A DNA stretch of 64,000 bases from a candidate division FCPU426 bacterium (GTDB taxonomy: Bacteria > Oederibacteriota > JAAXVQ01 > JAUVAV01): positions 17,582 through 81,581 of the forward strand of contig JAUVAV010000003.1 of the NCBI GenBank assembly GCA_030591525.1. Direction: 5' to 3'. The notes under the pieces were generated by a model. The model saw only the letters and a program-made list of their open reading frames with translations, did not search any database and was not told the DNA's origin. The position numbers and the translations under genes were made by a program. Shown in pieces: positions 28,554 to 39,720 of this stretch; within the stretch, counting starts at the first letter, position 1; the number at the start of each line of letters is the position of its first letter.

Positions 28554-30026
28554 TTGCCCCCCACATCCCGAAAAGCTTTGATACCCGAGGGACTTACCTT
28601 TGATGATGTGCTTTTGAAGCCGGCCAAGTCCGAGGTTCTGCCGCGGCAGACCGAGGTTCGGACCCGGATTACCAAGCGTATCGAACTGAATATCCCGCTG
28701 CTTTCAGCCGCCATGGACACGGTTACCGAGGCGCGCCTGGCCATTGCTCTGGCCCAGGAAGGCGGTATGGGAATTATCCATAAAAATATGACTCCGGAGC
28801 GCCAGGCGGAAGAGGTTGACAGGGTTAAACGTTCGGAGAGCGGAATGATTCGCGATCCGATTACCCTGGGGCCGGAAAACCGGATTGCCGAGGCAGTGGA
28901 AGCCATGGAGCATTACGGCATTTCCGGCGTACCGATTATCCGGCACGGCCGGCTGGTAGGAATTCTAACTAATCGGGATCTGCGGTTTCAGAAAAATTTT
29001 GACCGCAAAATCTCCGAGGTAATGACCAGGAAAAACCTGGTTACTGCGCCCGTGGGCACTAGCCTTAAAACCGCGGGCGAAATTCTCTATCGCCATCGTA
29101 TTGAGAAACTGCCTGTCGTGGACAACAAGGGCATGCTGCGGGGTTTGATAACCATTAAGGATATAGAGAAGCGCCTGCGCTTTCCGCATGCCTGTAAAGA
29201 CAAGGACGGCCGCTTGCGGGTCGGGGCAGCCGTAGGGCCGGGTGAAGATTTTGAGAAGCGGGTGGGATTATTAATTCCCACCGGTGTGGATATTATCTGC
29301 GTGGATACCGCGCACGGTCATTCCCGGAGCGTGCTGCAAGCAGTCAAGCGCCTGAAAAGCCGGTACCCCGGCATGGAAGTGATGGCCGGCAATGTGGCTA
29401 CGGCCCAGGCTGCGCAAGACCTGATTTCCGCGGGAGCGGATGCTGTCAAGGTCGGTATTGGCCCGGGTTCAATCTGTACTACCCGGGTAGTAGCCGGTGT
29501 AGGGGTTCCCCAAATATCAGCTATTATGGAATGCGCCAGGGCGGCTAAAGGCCGGGCGCGCATAATATCGGACGGTGGGGTTAAATTTTCCGGGGATATT
29601 ACCAAAGCCCTGGCCGCCGGGGCGGATGCCGTGATGATCGGCAATTTATTCGCCGGAACCGATGAGAGTCCGGGGGATATTGTTATTCTCGAGGGCCGCA
29701 ACTTTAAAGTGTACCGGGGCATGGGCTCTCTGGGCTCAATGAAGCGGGGCAGCCGTGACCGGTATTTTCAGTATGAGGTCAAGGAAGAGAGCAAATTAGT
29801 GCCCGAAGGCATTGAAGGCCGGGTGCCGTATCGCGGGCCCTTGGCTGCCTCGGTTTATCAGCTGATAGGCGGACTCCGGGCCGGTATGGGCTATTGCGGC
29901 TGCCAGACCCTGGCGGAATTAAAAACCCGGACTAAATTCATACGCATAACCCACGCAGCCCTGCGCGAGAGCCATCCGCATGATGTTATAATTACCAATG
30001 AGGCGCCTAATTACCGAATGTCGTGA
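28554..30026 (+). CDS. guaB: IMP dehydrogenase
   Basis: [11 protein letters not shown] pair, catalytic loop [17 protein letters not shown] and VPEGIEG. Confidence 0.97.
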   Translation: MPPTSRKALIPEGLTFDDVLLKPAKSEVLPRQTEVRTRITKRIELNIPLLSAAMDTVTEARLAIALAQEGGMGIIHKNMTPERQAEEVDRVKRSESGMIRDPITLGPENRIAEAVEAMEHYGISGVPIIRHGRLVGILTNRDLRFQKNFDRKISEVMTRKNLVTAPVGTSLKTAGEILYRHRIEKLPVVDNKGMLRGLITIKDIEKRLRFPHACKDKDGRLRVGAAVGPGEDFEKRVGLLIPTGVDIICVDTAHGHSRSVLQAVKRLKSRYPGMEVMAGNVATAQAAQDLISAGADAVKVGIGPGSICTTRVVAGVGVPQISAIMECARAAKGRARIISDGGVKFSGDITKALAAGADAVMIGNLFAGTDESPGDIVILEGRNFKVYRGMGSLGSMKRGSRDRYFQYEVKEESKLVPEGIEGRVPYRGPLAASVYQLIGGLRAGMGYCGCQTLAELKTRTKFIRITHAALRESHPHDVIITNEAPNYRMS

Positions 30027-30030
30027 GCAA

Positions 30031-30164
30031 GGAGTCTGAGCATTTAGTCGATTTTTTGAGAGTAGATAGTAGAAAGTAGACCGCATTTGAGATGTTTTAT
30101 CTAATTTCTACTCTCGAATCTCAAATGCTCTGGAGCTTGAGCAACTAATTGCTCAGGCTCCTAG
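30031..30164 (+). mobile_element. Structured intergenic element (MITE/ERIC-like), copy A
   Basis: Near-identical to 51197-51333 and to the reverse complement of 63681-63810. Core TAGACCGCATTTGAG, terminal hairpin, ends in CTCCTAG. Confidence 0.8.
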
Positions 30165-30165
30165 G

Positions 30166-30189
30166 GGCGGCCCCGCGGGTCGCCTTTTT
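30166..30189 (+). terminator. Rho-independent terminator-like hairpin
   Basis: GGCGGCCC-CGC-GGGTCGCC followed by TTTTT. Confidence 0.55.
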
Positions 30190-30227
30190 GTGTTTAACGC
30201 GGGATTCGCGCAGTAGATCCGGCAGTT

Positions 30228-30296
30228 GTAGGGGCGACGCATGCGTCGCCCTGGTGAATTGGCAAGTAGTAGGAGCGTTTAATTAAACGCCCCTAC
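30228..30296. repeat. Pair of GTAG-family REP palindromes
   Basis: GTAGGGGCGACGCATGCGTCGCCC (30228-30251) and GTAGGAGCGTTTAATTAAACGCCCCTAC (30269-30296). Confidence 0.75.
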
Positions 30297-30345
30297 AACC
30301 CATAGATGGCATATCTCAGCAAATCACTAACCAGGAGCAGGACTT

Positions 30346-31896
30346 ATGACTATACCGTATCAGGAAGAGTTTGTTTTAATTCTCGACTTTGGTTCCCAGT
30401 ACACCCAGTTGATAGCCCGGCGGGTCCGGGAACTTAATATCTACTGTGAAATTCATCCGTATAATCTTTCCGGCGAGAGGATCAAAGCCATGGCCCCGCG
30501 GGGAATTATTTTGTCCGGCGGCCCGGCTTCGGTATATACGGAGGAAGCGCCAATCATGGCGGATGAGATACTGACCATGGGAATTCCGGTGCTCGGTATC
30601 TGTTACGGCATGCAATTGATCGGCCACCTGCTTGGGGGCAAGGTGGAACCTTCCACCCGGCGGGAGTATGGTTTTGCGGAATTGATGGTTTCCCGGGACT
30701 GTGGCCTGTTTAAAGGAATGGCCGGGAAAACCAAGGTCTGGATGAGCCATGGCGATGGTCTGGCGGCTTTGCCGGGCGGTTTCCAGGCCGTGGCCCGCAC
30801 CACGAACGCCCCTCTGGCCGCGATAGCGGATGAGCAGCGGTCGATTTACGGTCTCCAGTTTCACCCCGAGGTTGAACATACTGCCGAAGGCATGACCCTC
30901 TTGCGGAATTTTCTCATGGACATCTGCGGCTGTCGCGGCGACTGGACCCCGGCTTCCTTTGTGGAGGAAACTGTCAAGCGGATTAGGCGGCAAGTGGGCA
31001 CCGGCCGGGTGCTCTGCGGCTTGTCCGGGGGCGTGGATTCCGCCGTGGCCGCGGCTCTGATTCATAAAGCCGTGGGAGATCAACTGACCTGCATGCTGGT
31101 CAATAACGGCGTGCTACGCGCGGGAGAAGCGGAAAAAGTCATCGAGGTTTTCAGCCGGAATTATAATATCCATTTAGAGTATATTGACGTTGCGGAGGAA
31201 TTCTTAAAGGCCTTAAAGGGAGTAACTGATCCGGAAGAGAAGCGCAAGCGCATAGGTATCAAATTCATCGAGGTTTTTGAGCGCGAGTCCGCCAAGCTGG
31301 GGCATTTTGATTTTCTGGCCCAGGGAACCATTTATCCCGACGTGATAGAGAGCGTTTCAGTCAAGGGGCCTTCGGCTACGATCAAGTCTCATCATAATGT
31401 GGGCGGGCTTCCGGAGAATATGCGCTTCCAACTGGTGGAGCCTCTGCGCGAACTTTTTAAGGACGAGGTGCGCCGGGTGGGCCTGGCCCTGGAAATGCCC
31501 GAGGACATGGTATGGCGCCAGCCTTTTCCCGGGCCCGGACTGGCCATCAGGGTTATCGGCGAGGTAACCCCAGAGCGCCTGGAAATCCTTCGCCAGGCGG
31601 ATACAATTTTTATTCAGGAAATCAAACAGGCCGGTTATTACCGGAAACTCTGGCAGTCCTTTGCCGTGCTTCTGCCCATAAAGACCGTGGGCGTGATGGG
31701 CGATGAACGCACCTATGAGCATGTGATTGCCCTGCGGGCCGTGACCAGCGTGGATGCCATGACCGCCGACTGGGCCGACCTGCCCCGGGACCTGTTGGGC
31801 CGGGTCTCCAACCGGATTATTAATGAAATTCAGGGCGTGAACCGCGTAGTGCTGGACATTTCCTCCAAACCCCCGGCTACGATTGAGTGGGAGTAG
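30346..31896 (+). CDS. guaA: GMP synthase (glutamine-hydrolysing)
   Basis: [39 protein letters not shown] and C-terminal KPPATIEWE. Confidence 0.97.
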   Translation: MTIPYQEEFVLILDFGSQYTQLIARRVRELNIYCEIHPYNLSGERIKAMAPRGIILSGGPASVYTEEAPIMADEILTMGIPVLGICYGMQLIGHLLGGKVEPSTRREYGFAELMVSRDCGLFKGMAGKTKVWMSHGDGLAALPGGFQAVARTTNAPLAAIADEQRSIYGLQFHPEVEHTAEGMTLLRNFLMDICGCRGDWTPASFVEETVKRIRRQVGTGRVLCGLSGGVDSAVAAALIHKAVGDQLTCMLVNNGVLRAGEAEKVIEVFSRNYNIHLEYIDVAEEFLKALKGVTDPEEKRKRIGIKFIEVFERESAKLGHFDFLAQGTIYPDVIESVSVKGPSATIKSHHNVGGLPENMRFQLVEPLRELFKDEVRRVGLALEMPEDMVWRQPFPGPGLAIRVIGEVTPERLEILRQADTIFIQEIKQAGYYRKLWQSFAVLLPIKTVGVMGDERTYEHVIALRAVTSVDAMTADWADLPRDLLGRVSNRIINEIQGVNRVVLDISSKPPATIEWE

Positions 31897-31899
31897 CAG

Positions 31900-32343
31900 A
31901 TGGAAGCCGGATGGAAGGTGTTATCCCGCCAACTGGAGGTTCAGACCCAAGGCCGCGACCAGATAATAGATGTAACCGAGTCTTTGAAAACCTTGCTTAG
32001 TGAAAGCCGGGTGCAGGCAGGACTAGCCACCGTGTTTACTCCCGGAGCCACGGCCTCAGTGACGACGGTGGAATATGAACCCGGACTGGTGGAGGATATC
32101 AAAATCCTGCTCGAAGAGCTTATACCCTGGAAACGCGATTGGGAGCATAATCGCACCTGGGGAGACGGTAACGGCGGCTCTCATCTGCGCGCCGCCCTGA
32201 TCGGTCCTTCGCTGACTGTTCCGGTTGTACAAGGAGAGCTTACCCTGGGCACCTGGCAGCAGATCGTGGTCATAGATCATGATACGCGTCCCCGTTCCCG
32301 TAAGGTCGTACTGCAAGTGATGGGAACACAGCATGCCGTTTAA
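31900..32343 (+). CDS. yjbQ: YjbQ/UPF0047 family protein
   Basis: GNGGSHLRAALIG and LGTWQQI...DHD motifs. Confidence 0.88.
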   Translation: MEAGWKVLSRQLEVQTQGRDQIIDVTESLKTLLSESRVQAGLATVFTPGATASVTTVEYEPGLVEDIKILLEELIPWKRDWEHNRTWGDGNGGSHLRAALIGPSLTVPVVQGELTLGTWQQIVVIDHDTRPRSRKVVLQVMGTQHAV

Positions 32344-35300
32344 GAATTTCGTTCATCTTCACGTCCATACCGACTATTCACTGCTGGACGGCGCCTGCCG
32401 CATAGATGCCCTGATTCAAAGAGCGCGTGAATTGAAAATGCCGGCCCTGGCCATTACCGATCACGGAGCAATGTACGGCGTGATTGAATTCTATTATGCC
32501 TGCTTGAAGCATGGTATCAAGCCGATTATCGGCATGGAAGCTTATGTGGCCCCGGGTTCCCGCAAGGATAGACGCAGTAGTCACGGCATGAAGGACGCCG
32601 CCTACCATTTAACCCTTTTGGCTCGCGATTTGGAAGGTTATCGCAATCTGGTCATGCTCTCAAGCATTGGTTTTCTCCAGGGATTCTACTATAGGCCCCG
32701 CATTGATAAAGAGGTTCTGGCCAAGCACAGCCAAGGTTTGATCGGTCTCTCAGCCTGTCTGCACGGCGAGATTCCCATGCTTATCCAAAAAGGCGAACTT
32801 CCCCTGGCGCGGCAGACAGCCGAAGAATACGAACAAATATTCGGCAAAGGTAATTTTTACCTGGAATTAATGAATCAAAACCTGACCGGTCAGGGAGAGG
32901 TGAACCGTGGGCTGATTGATCTCTCCCGGGAATTGAATATTCCCCTGGTGGCTACGAATGATGTTCATTACCTTCGCCGGGAAGATGCCCTGGCGCACGA
33001 GGCTTTGTTATGCCTGCAGACCGGCACCAACCTGAGCGATGAGCAGCGCATGCGCCTGCCTACCCATGAATTTTATTTAAAATCAGGCCCGGAGATGGAA
33101 TCCCTGTTTCATGAGCTTCCGGAAGCCGGCAGCAATGCCACGGAAATTGCCGGCCGTTGTAACCTCGAGATTCCGGCCGGCCGCATTCAACTGCCGCATT
33201 ATCCCATTCCCTCAGAAATCCTTCCCAAGTTGACGCAGATAATGGAGAAAGGCGCTCCCACGGAACTGGACGCGTATCTGACATGGCTGTGCCAAGAAGG
33301 GTTGAGGCGGCGCTATACCCAGCCTAATGAGGAGCAACAGCGGCGCATGGAGAGGGAATTGGCGGTTATTGGAAAAATGGGTTACGCAGCCTATTTCCTG
33401 ATTGTCTGGGATTTTATTCAGTACGCCCGCGGGCAGGGGATCCCGGTCGGGCCGGGCCGGGGATCAGTGGCCGGCTCGCTGGCAGCGTACCTTTTGGGTA
33501 TAACCGAGATCGATCCTCTGCGTTACGGATTGATCTTTGAACGTTTTCTGAATCCGGAACGCATCAGCATGCCGGATATTGACGTGGATTTCTCGGATAT
33601 TGGACGCGATAAAGTAATCCGCTACGTGACGCAAAAATACGGACAGGAAAACGTAGCCCAGATTATAACTTTTGGCACCATGGCGGCCCGCGCCGCGGTT
33701 CGGGACGTCGGCCGGGTTTTGAATTATTCCTATGGAGAAGTCGACCGCCTGGCCAAGCTGATTCCTCCGACCCTGGACATGAAGCTTGCCAAAGCTCTGG
33801 ATATGGTTCCGGAACTTAAGACCCAAATGAATACGGATGAAAAAGTCCGGCGCCTGCTGGATATCGCGCAAGTCCTGGAAGGGCAGGTACGCCACGCCTC
33901 GACGCATGCCGCGGGGGTGGTGATTTCACGTGATCCGCTCCTGGAAATGGTGCCCTTGTGCCAGACCAAAGCCCGGCGGGGTAAAGAAAAGGGGGAGGGG
34001 ACGGAGAAGGCATCAGCCGAGCGAAACAACGAAGATTCGAGTGTCACGCTCAGCACGCAATATTCCATGGAATCCCTGGAGCGCCTGGGCCTGTTGAAGA
34101 TGGATTTTCTGGGATTGCGTACGCTTACTATTATCGCGGACGCATTGGATGAGATTTCCTGGAAGAATGGAAAACGGCTGGAACTTGAGGACCTTAGTCT
34201 GGATGACGCAAAAACTTTTGACCTGCTGGGAGAGGGACAGACCATCGGTGTTTTTCAGTTGGAATCCATTGGCATGCGGGATTTACTCAGGCGGCTAAAA
34301 CCCCGAAGCCTGAAAGAGATCTGCGCGTTAATAGCGCTCTACCGACCGGGTCCCATGGCTATGATTGACGATTATATTCAGCGCAAGCAGGGCCGGGTCC
34401 AAGTTAAATATATTCATTCGGAACTTGAGAGTATTTTAGGCGAGACTTTTGGAACCATTGTCTACCAGGAACAAGTAATGCAGATCGCAGTACGGCTGGG
34501 AGGATTTTCTTTCAGCCAGGCGGATATTCTGCGGCGGGCTATGAGCAAGAAAAATCCCGAGATTATTGAACAGCAGCGGGATAATTTTATCCAGGGCGCC
34601 AAGGCCAAGGGTATTGAAGCTGATACGGGAGAGGCAATATTTAACCTCATGGCGCGCTTCGGCGAGTACGGATTTAATAAATCGCACAGCCTGGCCTATG
34701 CCTTGCTGGCCTATCAAACCGCCTGGTTAAAAGCCAATTATCCCCTGGCTTACATATCTGCCATGCTTTCCAATGAAATGCAGAATACCGATAAAGTGGC
34801 CTTGTATATTTCCGAATGCCGGCGAATGGGAATCGCGGTAGCTTTGCCGGATATAAATACCGGCCGGGAAAGATTTGGAGTGGATCAGGACCAAATTAGT
34901 TTTGGTTTGGCCGCCATACGTCACGTGGGAGTTAATGCCGCCCGGGCAGTCCGGCAGGAGAGGGAGGCCAAAGGAAATTATTCCGCCTTAACGGATTTCT
35001 GTAACCGGATTGATCTTAGAATTGTGAATGCCCGTGTAATCGAAAGCCTGATTAAGGCCGGCGCCCTGGACAGCCTGGGCCGATCCCGCTCCGCCATGCT
35101 GGCGAACCTGCCGCAATGCCTGGCTTCAGCCCAGAAATGGCAGGAAGAGAAAGAGCGGGGCCAGATGTCTATCTTCGGGGATGTGGGGCCGGATATTCCG
35201 GCCGATCCGGAAGCCGGCCGCGAGGAGCCGGAAAGAGTACGGCTGATGCATGAGAAAGAGGTCCTGGGTTTTTATTTAACCGGTCATCCCCTGGCCCAGC

Positions 35301-35875
35301 ACCAGGATTTGCTGGATACTTTTAGCACTGCTACCACCGGTACTTTAAATAAACTGGCCGAGGGCAGTCAGCTGGTAATCGGTGGAGAAGTAGTTGGCAT
35401 CCGGCACAGCGCTACCAAACGCCGGGAACCCATGCTGCGCTTTTCTCTGGAAGACACGGAAGGACTAACCGAGGTTATTGTCTGGCCGGACCTGCTGGGA
35501 AGCCACAAAGACTATCTGGTCAAGGATGCCATGCTGTTTGTAGTGGGCAAAATGGATTGCAGCGGGGATGAAAACCGGATTATTGCCACGGATATTATTC
35601 CCTTATCCGAAGCTTTTACCCGGCTGGCCAGGCGCCTGCATCTGCACTTACCACCGGCCATGGGCGAGGAACAGTTGGCAGGATTAAAAGAACTATTGGG
35701 AAGTCACTCGGGAGCTACGCCGGTCTATCTGCATCTTACCACCCGGAAGCATAATGAGGTTGTCACCCAACTGCCGGGCCGTTTTAACACTGCCGTGGAT
35801 ACCGGGCTGGTGACCAAGCTGAAAGAGATGGTGGGTCCGGACCGGGTGAAGATCCAAGGGCCGGTGGGAGGGTGA
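32333..35875 (+). CDS. dnaE: DNA polymerase III alpha subunit
   Basis: PHP domain (HLHVHTDYSLLDG), PGRGS, MPDIDVDF, LLKMDFLGL, YGFNKSH and a C-terminal OB fold. Confidence 0.97.
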   Translation: MPFKNFVHLHVHTDYSLLDGACRIDALIQRARELKMPALAITDHGAMYGVIEFYYACLKHGIKPIIGMEAYVAPGSRKDRRSSHGMKDAAYHLTLLARDLEGYRNLVMLSSIGFLQGFYYRPRIDKEVLAKHSQGLIGLSACLHGEIPMLIQKGELPLARQTAEEYEQIFGKGNFYLELMNQNLTGQGEVNRGLIDLSRELNIPLVATNDVHYLRREDALAHEALLCLQTGTNLSDEQRMRLPTHEFYLKSGPEMESLFHELPEAGSNATEIAGRCNLEIPAGRIQLPHYPIPSEILPKLTQIMEKGAPTELDAYLTWLCQEGLRRRYTQPNEEQQRRMERELAVIGKMGYAAYFLIVWDFIQYARGQGIPVGPGRGSVAGSLAAYLLGITEIDPLRYGLIFERFLNPERISMPDIDVDFSDIGRDKVIRYVTQKYGQENVAQIITFGTMAARAAVRDVGRVLNYSYGEVDRLAKLIPPTLDMKLAKALDMVPELKTQMNTDEKVRRLLDIAQVLEGQVRHASTHAAGVVISRDPLLEMVPLCQTKARRGKEKGEGTEKASAERNNEDSSVTLSTQYSMESLERLGLLKMDFLGLRTLTIIADALDEISWKNGKRLELEDLSLDDAKTFDLLGEGQTIGVFQLESIGMRDLLRRLKPRSLKEICALIALYRPGPMAMIDDYIQRKQGRVQVKYIHSELESILGETFGTIVYQEQVMQIAVRLGGFSFSQADILRRAMSKKNPEIIEQQRDNFIQGAKAKGIEADTGEAIFNLMARFGEYGFNKSHSLAYALLAYQTAWLKANYPLAYISAMLSNEMQNTDKVALYISECRRMGIAVALPDINTGRERFGVDQDQISFGLAAIRHVGVNAARAVRQEREAKGNYSALTDFCNRIDLRIVNARVIESLIKAGALDSLGRSRSAMLANLPQCLASAQKWQEEKERGQMSIFGDVGPDIPADPEAGREEPERVRLMHEKEVLGFYLTGHPLAQHQDLLDTFSTATTGTLNKLAEGSQLVIGGEVVGIRHSATKRREPMLRFSLEDTEGLTEVIVWPDLLGSHKDYLVKDAMLFVVGKMDCSGDENRIIATDIIPLSEAFTRLARRLHLHLPPAMGEEQLAGLKELLGSHSGATPVYLHLTTRKHNEVVTQLPGRFNTAVDTGLVTKLKEMVGPDRVKIQGPVGG
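35855..35875 (+). repeat. 21-bp direct repeat, left boundary (dnaE 3' end)
   Basis: CAAGGGCCGGTGGGAGGGTGA, ending exactly at the dnaE stop codon; identical to 43227-43247. Confidence 0.9.
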
Positions 35876-35889
35876 GGGAGAATAATAGA

Positions 35890-37344
35890 ATGTTTGAACA
35901 AATTTTTAAAAATATCGACGACATACTCCACAAAGACGCGGGCTGCTCAAGCGAGCTGGATTATGTGGAGCAGACCTCATGGATTCTCTTTCTGAAATAT
36001 TTGGACGATTTTGAAAAGGATAAAAAAACCGCGGCAGCGCTGTCGGGCAAGACCTACTCAGACATTATCAAACCGGAGTATAAATGGGAAACCTGGGCGG
36101 TGCCCAAAGGCAAAGACGGAAAAATCGATCATCATAAAGCGCTCACCGGTGATGATCTGAAAGACTTGGTTGATCATAAACTAATTCCCTACCTTAAAAA
36201 GTTCAAAGCGAACGCTGTAAGCGCTGACACGATCGAATACAAAATCGGCGAGATTTTCCACGAGCTGAAAAACAAGATACAAAGCGGCTACAACCTGCGC
36301 GAAGTCATTAACCGGATTGATGAACTACGCTTCCGCTCGCATAAAGAAAAGCACGAAATGTCTCACCTGTACGAAGACAAAATCAAGAATATGGGCAACG
36401 CCGGCAGGAACGGGGGCGAATACTATACGCCCCGTCCGCTTATTAAAACCATCGTAAAGGTGGTTGCGCCGGCAATCGGCAGCAAAGTGTATGATGGCGC
36501 GGCCGGTTCGGCGGGCTTTTTGGCGGAAGCTTTTGAATACTTAAAAAAGAGCAAAAATCTGACCACTAAAGACGCGGAAACGCTCCAGAAAAAAACCTTC
36601 TACGGTAAGGAAAAGAAGTCTCTGGCCTACATCATTGGCACAATGAACATGATTCTGCACGGCATCGAAGCGCCCAATATTGTGCATACCAATACCTTGG
36701 CCGAAAACCTGGCCGATATACAGGAAAAAGACCGATACGGTATTATTCTTGCCAATCCTCCCTTTGGCGGAAAAGAACGCGCCGAGGTACAGCAGAACTT
36801 CCCGATCAAAACCGGCGAAACCGCGTTTCTGTTCCTCCAGCATTTCATCAAAATCCTCAAAGCAGGCGGACGGGCTGGTGTGGTGATAAAAAACACGTTT
36901 TTGTCCAATACAGACAATGCCGCCGTCAGCTTGCGCAAACAGCTGCTGGAAAGCTGCAATCTGCATACAGTACTGGATTTGCCCGGCGGTACCTTCACCG
37001 GAGCAGGGGTTAAGACAGTGGTACTGTTTTTTGAAAAAGGCGTGCCTACGCGTAAGGTCTGGTTTTATCAATTAAACCTGGACCGCAACTTGGGCAAGAC
37101 CAATCCGCTGAATGAAAATGATCTGGCAGAATTTGTGAAATTGCAAAAAACCAAGGCCAATTCGGATAATTCCTGGACAGTGAAAGTTGCTGACATGGAT
37201 ACAGATGCCTTTGATCTTGCAGCGAAAAACCCGTATAAAAAGGATGAAGTAGCGCTAAGAGAACCAAAAAAGATATTGGACGAGATGAAGGCCCTGGATA
37301 AGGAAAGCGCAGAGATAATGAAAGCCATAAAGGGATTGGTGTGA
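35890..37344 (+). CDS. hsdM: Type I R-M methyltransferase subunit M (N6-adenine)
   Basis: GEYYTPR, motif I YDGAAGSAGFL, motif IV ANPPFGG. ATG at 35890 (MFEQ) follows a GGGAG RBS; the GTG at 35872 is an alternative start. Confidence 0.93.
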   Translation: MFEQIFKNIDDILHKDAGCSSELDYVEQTSWILFLKYLDDFEKDKKTAAALSGKTYSDIIKPEYKWETWAVPKGKDGKIDHHKALTGDDLKDLVDHKLIPYLKKFKANAVSADTIEYKIGEIFHELKNKIQSGYNLREVINRIDELRFRSHKEKHEMSHLYEDKIKNMGNAGRNGGEYYTPRPLIKTIVKVVAPAIGSKVYDGAAGSAGFLAEAFEYLKKSKNLTTKDAETLQKKTFYGKEKKSLAYIIGTMNMILHGIEAPNIVHTNTLAENLADIQEKDRYGIILANPPFGGKERAEVQQNFPIKTGETAFLFLQHFIKILKAGGRAGVVIKNTFLSNTDNAAVSLRKQLLESCNLHTVLDLPGGTFTGAGVKTVVLFFEKGVPTRKVWFYQLNLDRNLGKTNPLNENDLAEFVKLQKTKANSDNSWTVKVADMDTDAFDLAAKNPYKKDEVALREPKKILDEMKALDKESAEIMKAIKGLV

Positions 37345-37351
37345 ATGTGTT

Positions 37352-37549
37352 GTAGAGACGCGATTAATCGCGTCTCTACAAATGCAAACCCGAAAACAAA
37401 CGCAATGCCATGGGGCGGAGACGCAAAATTTTGCGTCTCTACGAATAATACGAATGTGAATAAATCATATTAAAAACCGGGAAATTCGGATATTGGATAT
37501 TGTGAAGGTGTGTGCATTGAATCCCGTAGGGGCGCGATTCATCGCGCCC
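37352..37549. repeat. GTAG-family REP cluster after hsdM
   Basis: GTAGAGACGCGATTAATCGCGTCTCTAC (37352-37379), GGGGCGGAGACGCAAAATTTTGCGTCTCTAC (37412-37442) and GTAGGGGCGCGATTCATCGCGCCC (37526-37549). Confidence 0.85.
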
Positions 37550-37601
37550 GAAGAAGACGTGAAAGACGGAAAAAATATGGGCGCGAAAGCAGAGAGTTAG
37601 C

Positions 37602-38813
37602 ATGAAAAATAATTGGCAAACAAAAAAACTCGGCGAGGTTTGTGATTTCAAGAGAGGTCTCACATATTCAAAAAGGGATGAGACGGATTTTTCAAGTAAT
37701 GTTGTCTTGAGAGCGAATAATATTGATTTTAAAACAAACTCACTAGAATTATCTGATTTGAGATACATAAAAGACAGCATTAAAATCTCAAAAGATAAAA
37801 AAGTAAGCAAAGGTTCTATTGTTATTTGCACCGCTAGTGGAAGCAAAAGTCATTTAGGAAAAGTGGCACTTATTGATGGTAACTATGATTTTGCTTTTGG
37901 CGGATTTATGGGGCAAATGATACCAGGACAAATCGTTGATTCGAAATATTTTTATTACACCTTAACCTCTGTAGCTTACAAGAAATTCATAGGGAAATTG
38001 ACTGATGGTGTAAATATAAACAATCTTAAGTTTGTTGATTTGAAGGAATATTCAATCTCCATCCCCCCGCTCCCCGAACAACGCCGCATTGTCGCAATCC
38101 TCGACAAAGCCTTCACCGCCATCGCCAAGGCAAAAGAAAACGCTAAAAAGAATCTTGCCAATAGCCGCGAACTTTTTGAGTCTTATTTGCAGAGCGTTTT
38201 TGCCAATCCGGGCGATGGGTGGGAAGAGAAGAAGTTGGGGGATGTGTGTGATATCACATCGAGCAAAAGAATTTTCAAGAAAGAATATGTAAATAGCGGA
38301 ATTCCTTTTTATCGTTCAAAAGAAATTAAGGAGTTAGCAAATAACAATAAAATATCACTAAAATATTTTATTTCTATAGAAAAATATAATGAGATCAAAA
38401 ACAAATATGGAGTACCACGCAAAGGAGACATATTATTAACCGCAGTTGGGACAATTGGCGAAATGTACGTGGTCAATGAAGGTGATGTGTTCTATTTCAA
38501 AGATGGAAATATTGTGTGGTTAAGGAATTTTAAAACAATAGATACTTATTATTTAAGATGTGCTTTGACAGCATTTGTTGAAAAAATCAAATCTCTTTCG
38601 ATAGGTTCTGCATATAACGCATTAACAATTGAAAAATTAGTAGAATATGCAATCCCCATCCCACCCCTCCCCGAACAACGTCGCATCGTCTCCAAACTTG
38701 ACTCCCTCTCCGCCGAAACCAGGAAGCTCGAAGCCATCTGCCGGCAAAAACTGGCCGGTCTTGAAGAGTTGAAAAAATCTGTTTTACAAAAAGCATTTAA
38801 CGGAGAATTGTAA
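37602..38813 (+). CDS. hsdS: Type I R-M specificity subunit S
   Basis: Two AT-rich TRDs, each starting KKLGEVCD/KKLGDVCD and each followed by IPPLPEQRRIV helices; ends QKAFNGEL. Confidence 0.93.
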   Translation: MKNNWQTKKLGEVCDFKRGLTYSKRDETDFSSNVVLRANNIDFKTNSLELSDLRYIKDSIKISKDKKVSKGSIVICTASGSKSHLGKVALIDGNYDFAFGGFMGQMIPGQIVDSKYFYYTLTSVAYKKFIGKLTDGVNINNLKFVDLKEYSISIPPLPEQRRIVAILDKAFTAIAKAKENAKKNLANSRELFESYLQSVFANPGDGWEEKKLGDVCDITSSKRIFKKEYVNSGIPFYRSKEIKELANNNKISLKYFISIEKYNEIKNKYGVPRKGDILLTAVGTIGEMYVVNEGDVFYFKDGNIVWLRNFKTIDTYYLRCALTAFVEKIKSLSIGSAYNALTIEKLVEYAIPIPPLPEQRRIVSKLDSLSAETRKLEAICRQKLAGLEELKKSVLQKAFNGEL

Positions 38814-38968
38814 TGCCAAATCATATGCATGGCATTATCATCATTGAAAGATTCGGGATTGTTGTAGAGACGAGATTAATCGCGTCTCTACAAATGCAAA
38901 CCCCAAAAACAAACGCAAATTCATGGGGCGGAGACGTGAAACGGGACGTGTTTGATTTAAGAACTTAA
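38813..38968 (+). pseudogene. HUH/Y1 (RAYT-like) transposase remnant with REP; 51-aa mini-ORF
   Basis: MPNHMHGIIIIE matches the MPNHvH HUH motif of IS200/RAYT transposases. It runs into a REP (38864-38891) and ends VKRDVFDLRT*. Confidence 0.65.
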
Positions 38969-39050
38969 GCATTTAAATGCAATTGAAAATTGACAATGGA
39001 TAATTGATAATGTGAGTCATTGCGCGTCAGGGAATTTAGGGGCATATAAT
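38935..39050 (+). repeat. ~120-bp direct repeat, copy 1
   Basis: CGTGAAACGGGACGTGTTTGATTTAAGAACTTAAGCATTTAAATGCAATTGAAAATTGACAAT...GTCATTGCGCGTCAGGGAA...TTTAGGGGCATATAAT; repeated at 39687-39810. Confidence 0.88.
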
Positions 39051-39171
39051 AAAAGGAAGTGAGGTCGTGACATTTTGTCACGGACTGAAATTGAACAATT
39101 GCTGGTGCCAGGCACCTGATTTCTGAATAATAGACATAGATGTGAATAGCATCAAACTATCGAGGTGAATC

Positions 39172-39720
39172 ATGTCTGAACACGAATTGGATATAGAAAA
39201 AATACGCGACCAAGCAGCAAACCGAACTCTTGGTAGTGTCCTTTTTAACTTGGCTAATGCATATAACATTGCCGAACAGAAGATTGGGGAGGAACTAGAT
39301 CAATCAAAGAACGCATATTTATCTGCGCCTGCTATTATGTGCAAAAGTTTTTCGATTGAATTATTATTAAAATTATTTATTGTCTATTCATATCCAAATA
39401 TTAAATCAAAGGATGATATTGATTCTTCTGGAGTTAGCTTGCATGGACATAAATATTCTGTATTGTATGATAGAATTAATCATCGGCTTAGGACAGAAAT
39501 TGCTAAATTATTTACTGCTGTTTTAGGCATAGAGACCGACGAGACGAAATTCAGGGAAAAGCTAATAGAAATAGGAGATGATCCATTTGTATATTGGAGA
39601 TACGTTTACGAAAAGGGTGAAAGCAAGTTTAATAGTGACCTGGCAGAAAAAATACTGCGGGCATTGGGAAGAGCAGCTGCAGAGTCCGTGAAACGGGACG
39701 TGTTTGATTTAAGAACTTAA
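39172..39720 (+). CDS. Hypothetical protein, HEPN-like
   Basis: AT-rich helical ORF with FSIELLLK and LHGHKYSVLY segments reminiscent of HEPN-family proteins; not confirmed by a profile search. Confidence 0.5.
   Translation: MSEHELDIEKIRDQAANRTLGSVLFNLANAYNIAEQKIGEELDQSKNAYLSAPAIMCKSFSIELLLKLFIVYSYPNIKSKDDIDSSGVSLHGHKYSVLYDRINHRLRTEIAKLFTAVLGIETDETKFREKLIEIGDDPFVYWRYVYEKGESKFNSDLAEKILRALGRAAAESVKRDVFDLRT

Noticed and set aside
28331-28906. 191-aa minus-strand ORF opposite the guaB start
   Set aside because: Antisense shadow of guaB and its promoter; no recognisable motifs.
30190-30345. Purine riboswitch ahead of guaA
   Set aside because: The structure present is explained by a terminator and two REP palindromes; no purine-aptamer consensus is visible.
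33960-34050. Charged insertion in DnaE (KARRGKEKGEG...) as an intein
   Set aside because: About 25 aa, with no C/S start, no HN end and no endonuclease motifs; it is a loop insertion.
38931-38946. ACGTGAAAC as a parS site
   Set aside because: Only half of the TGTTTCACGTGAAACA palindrome; it is part of the junction motif reported above.
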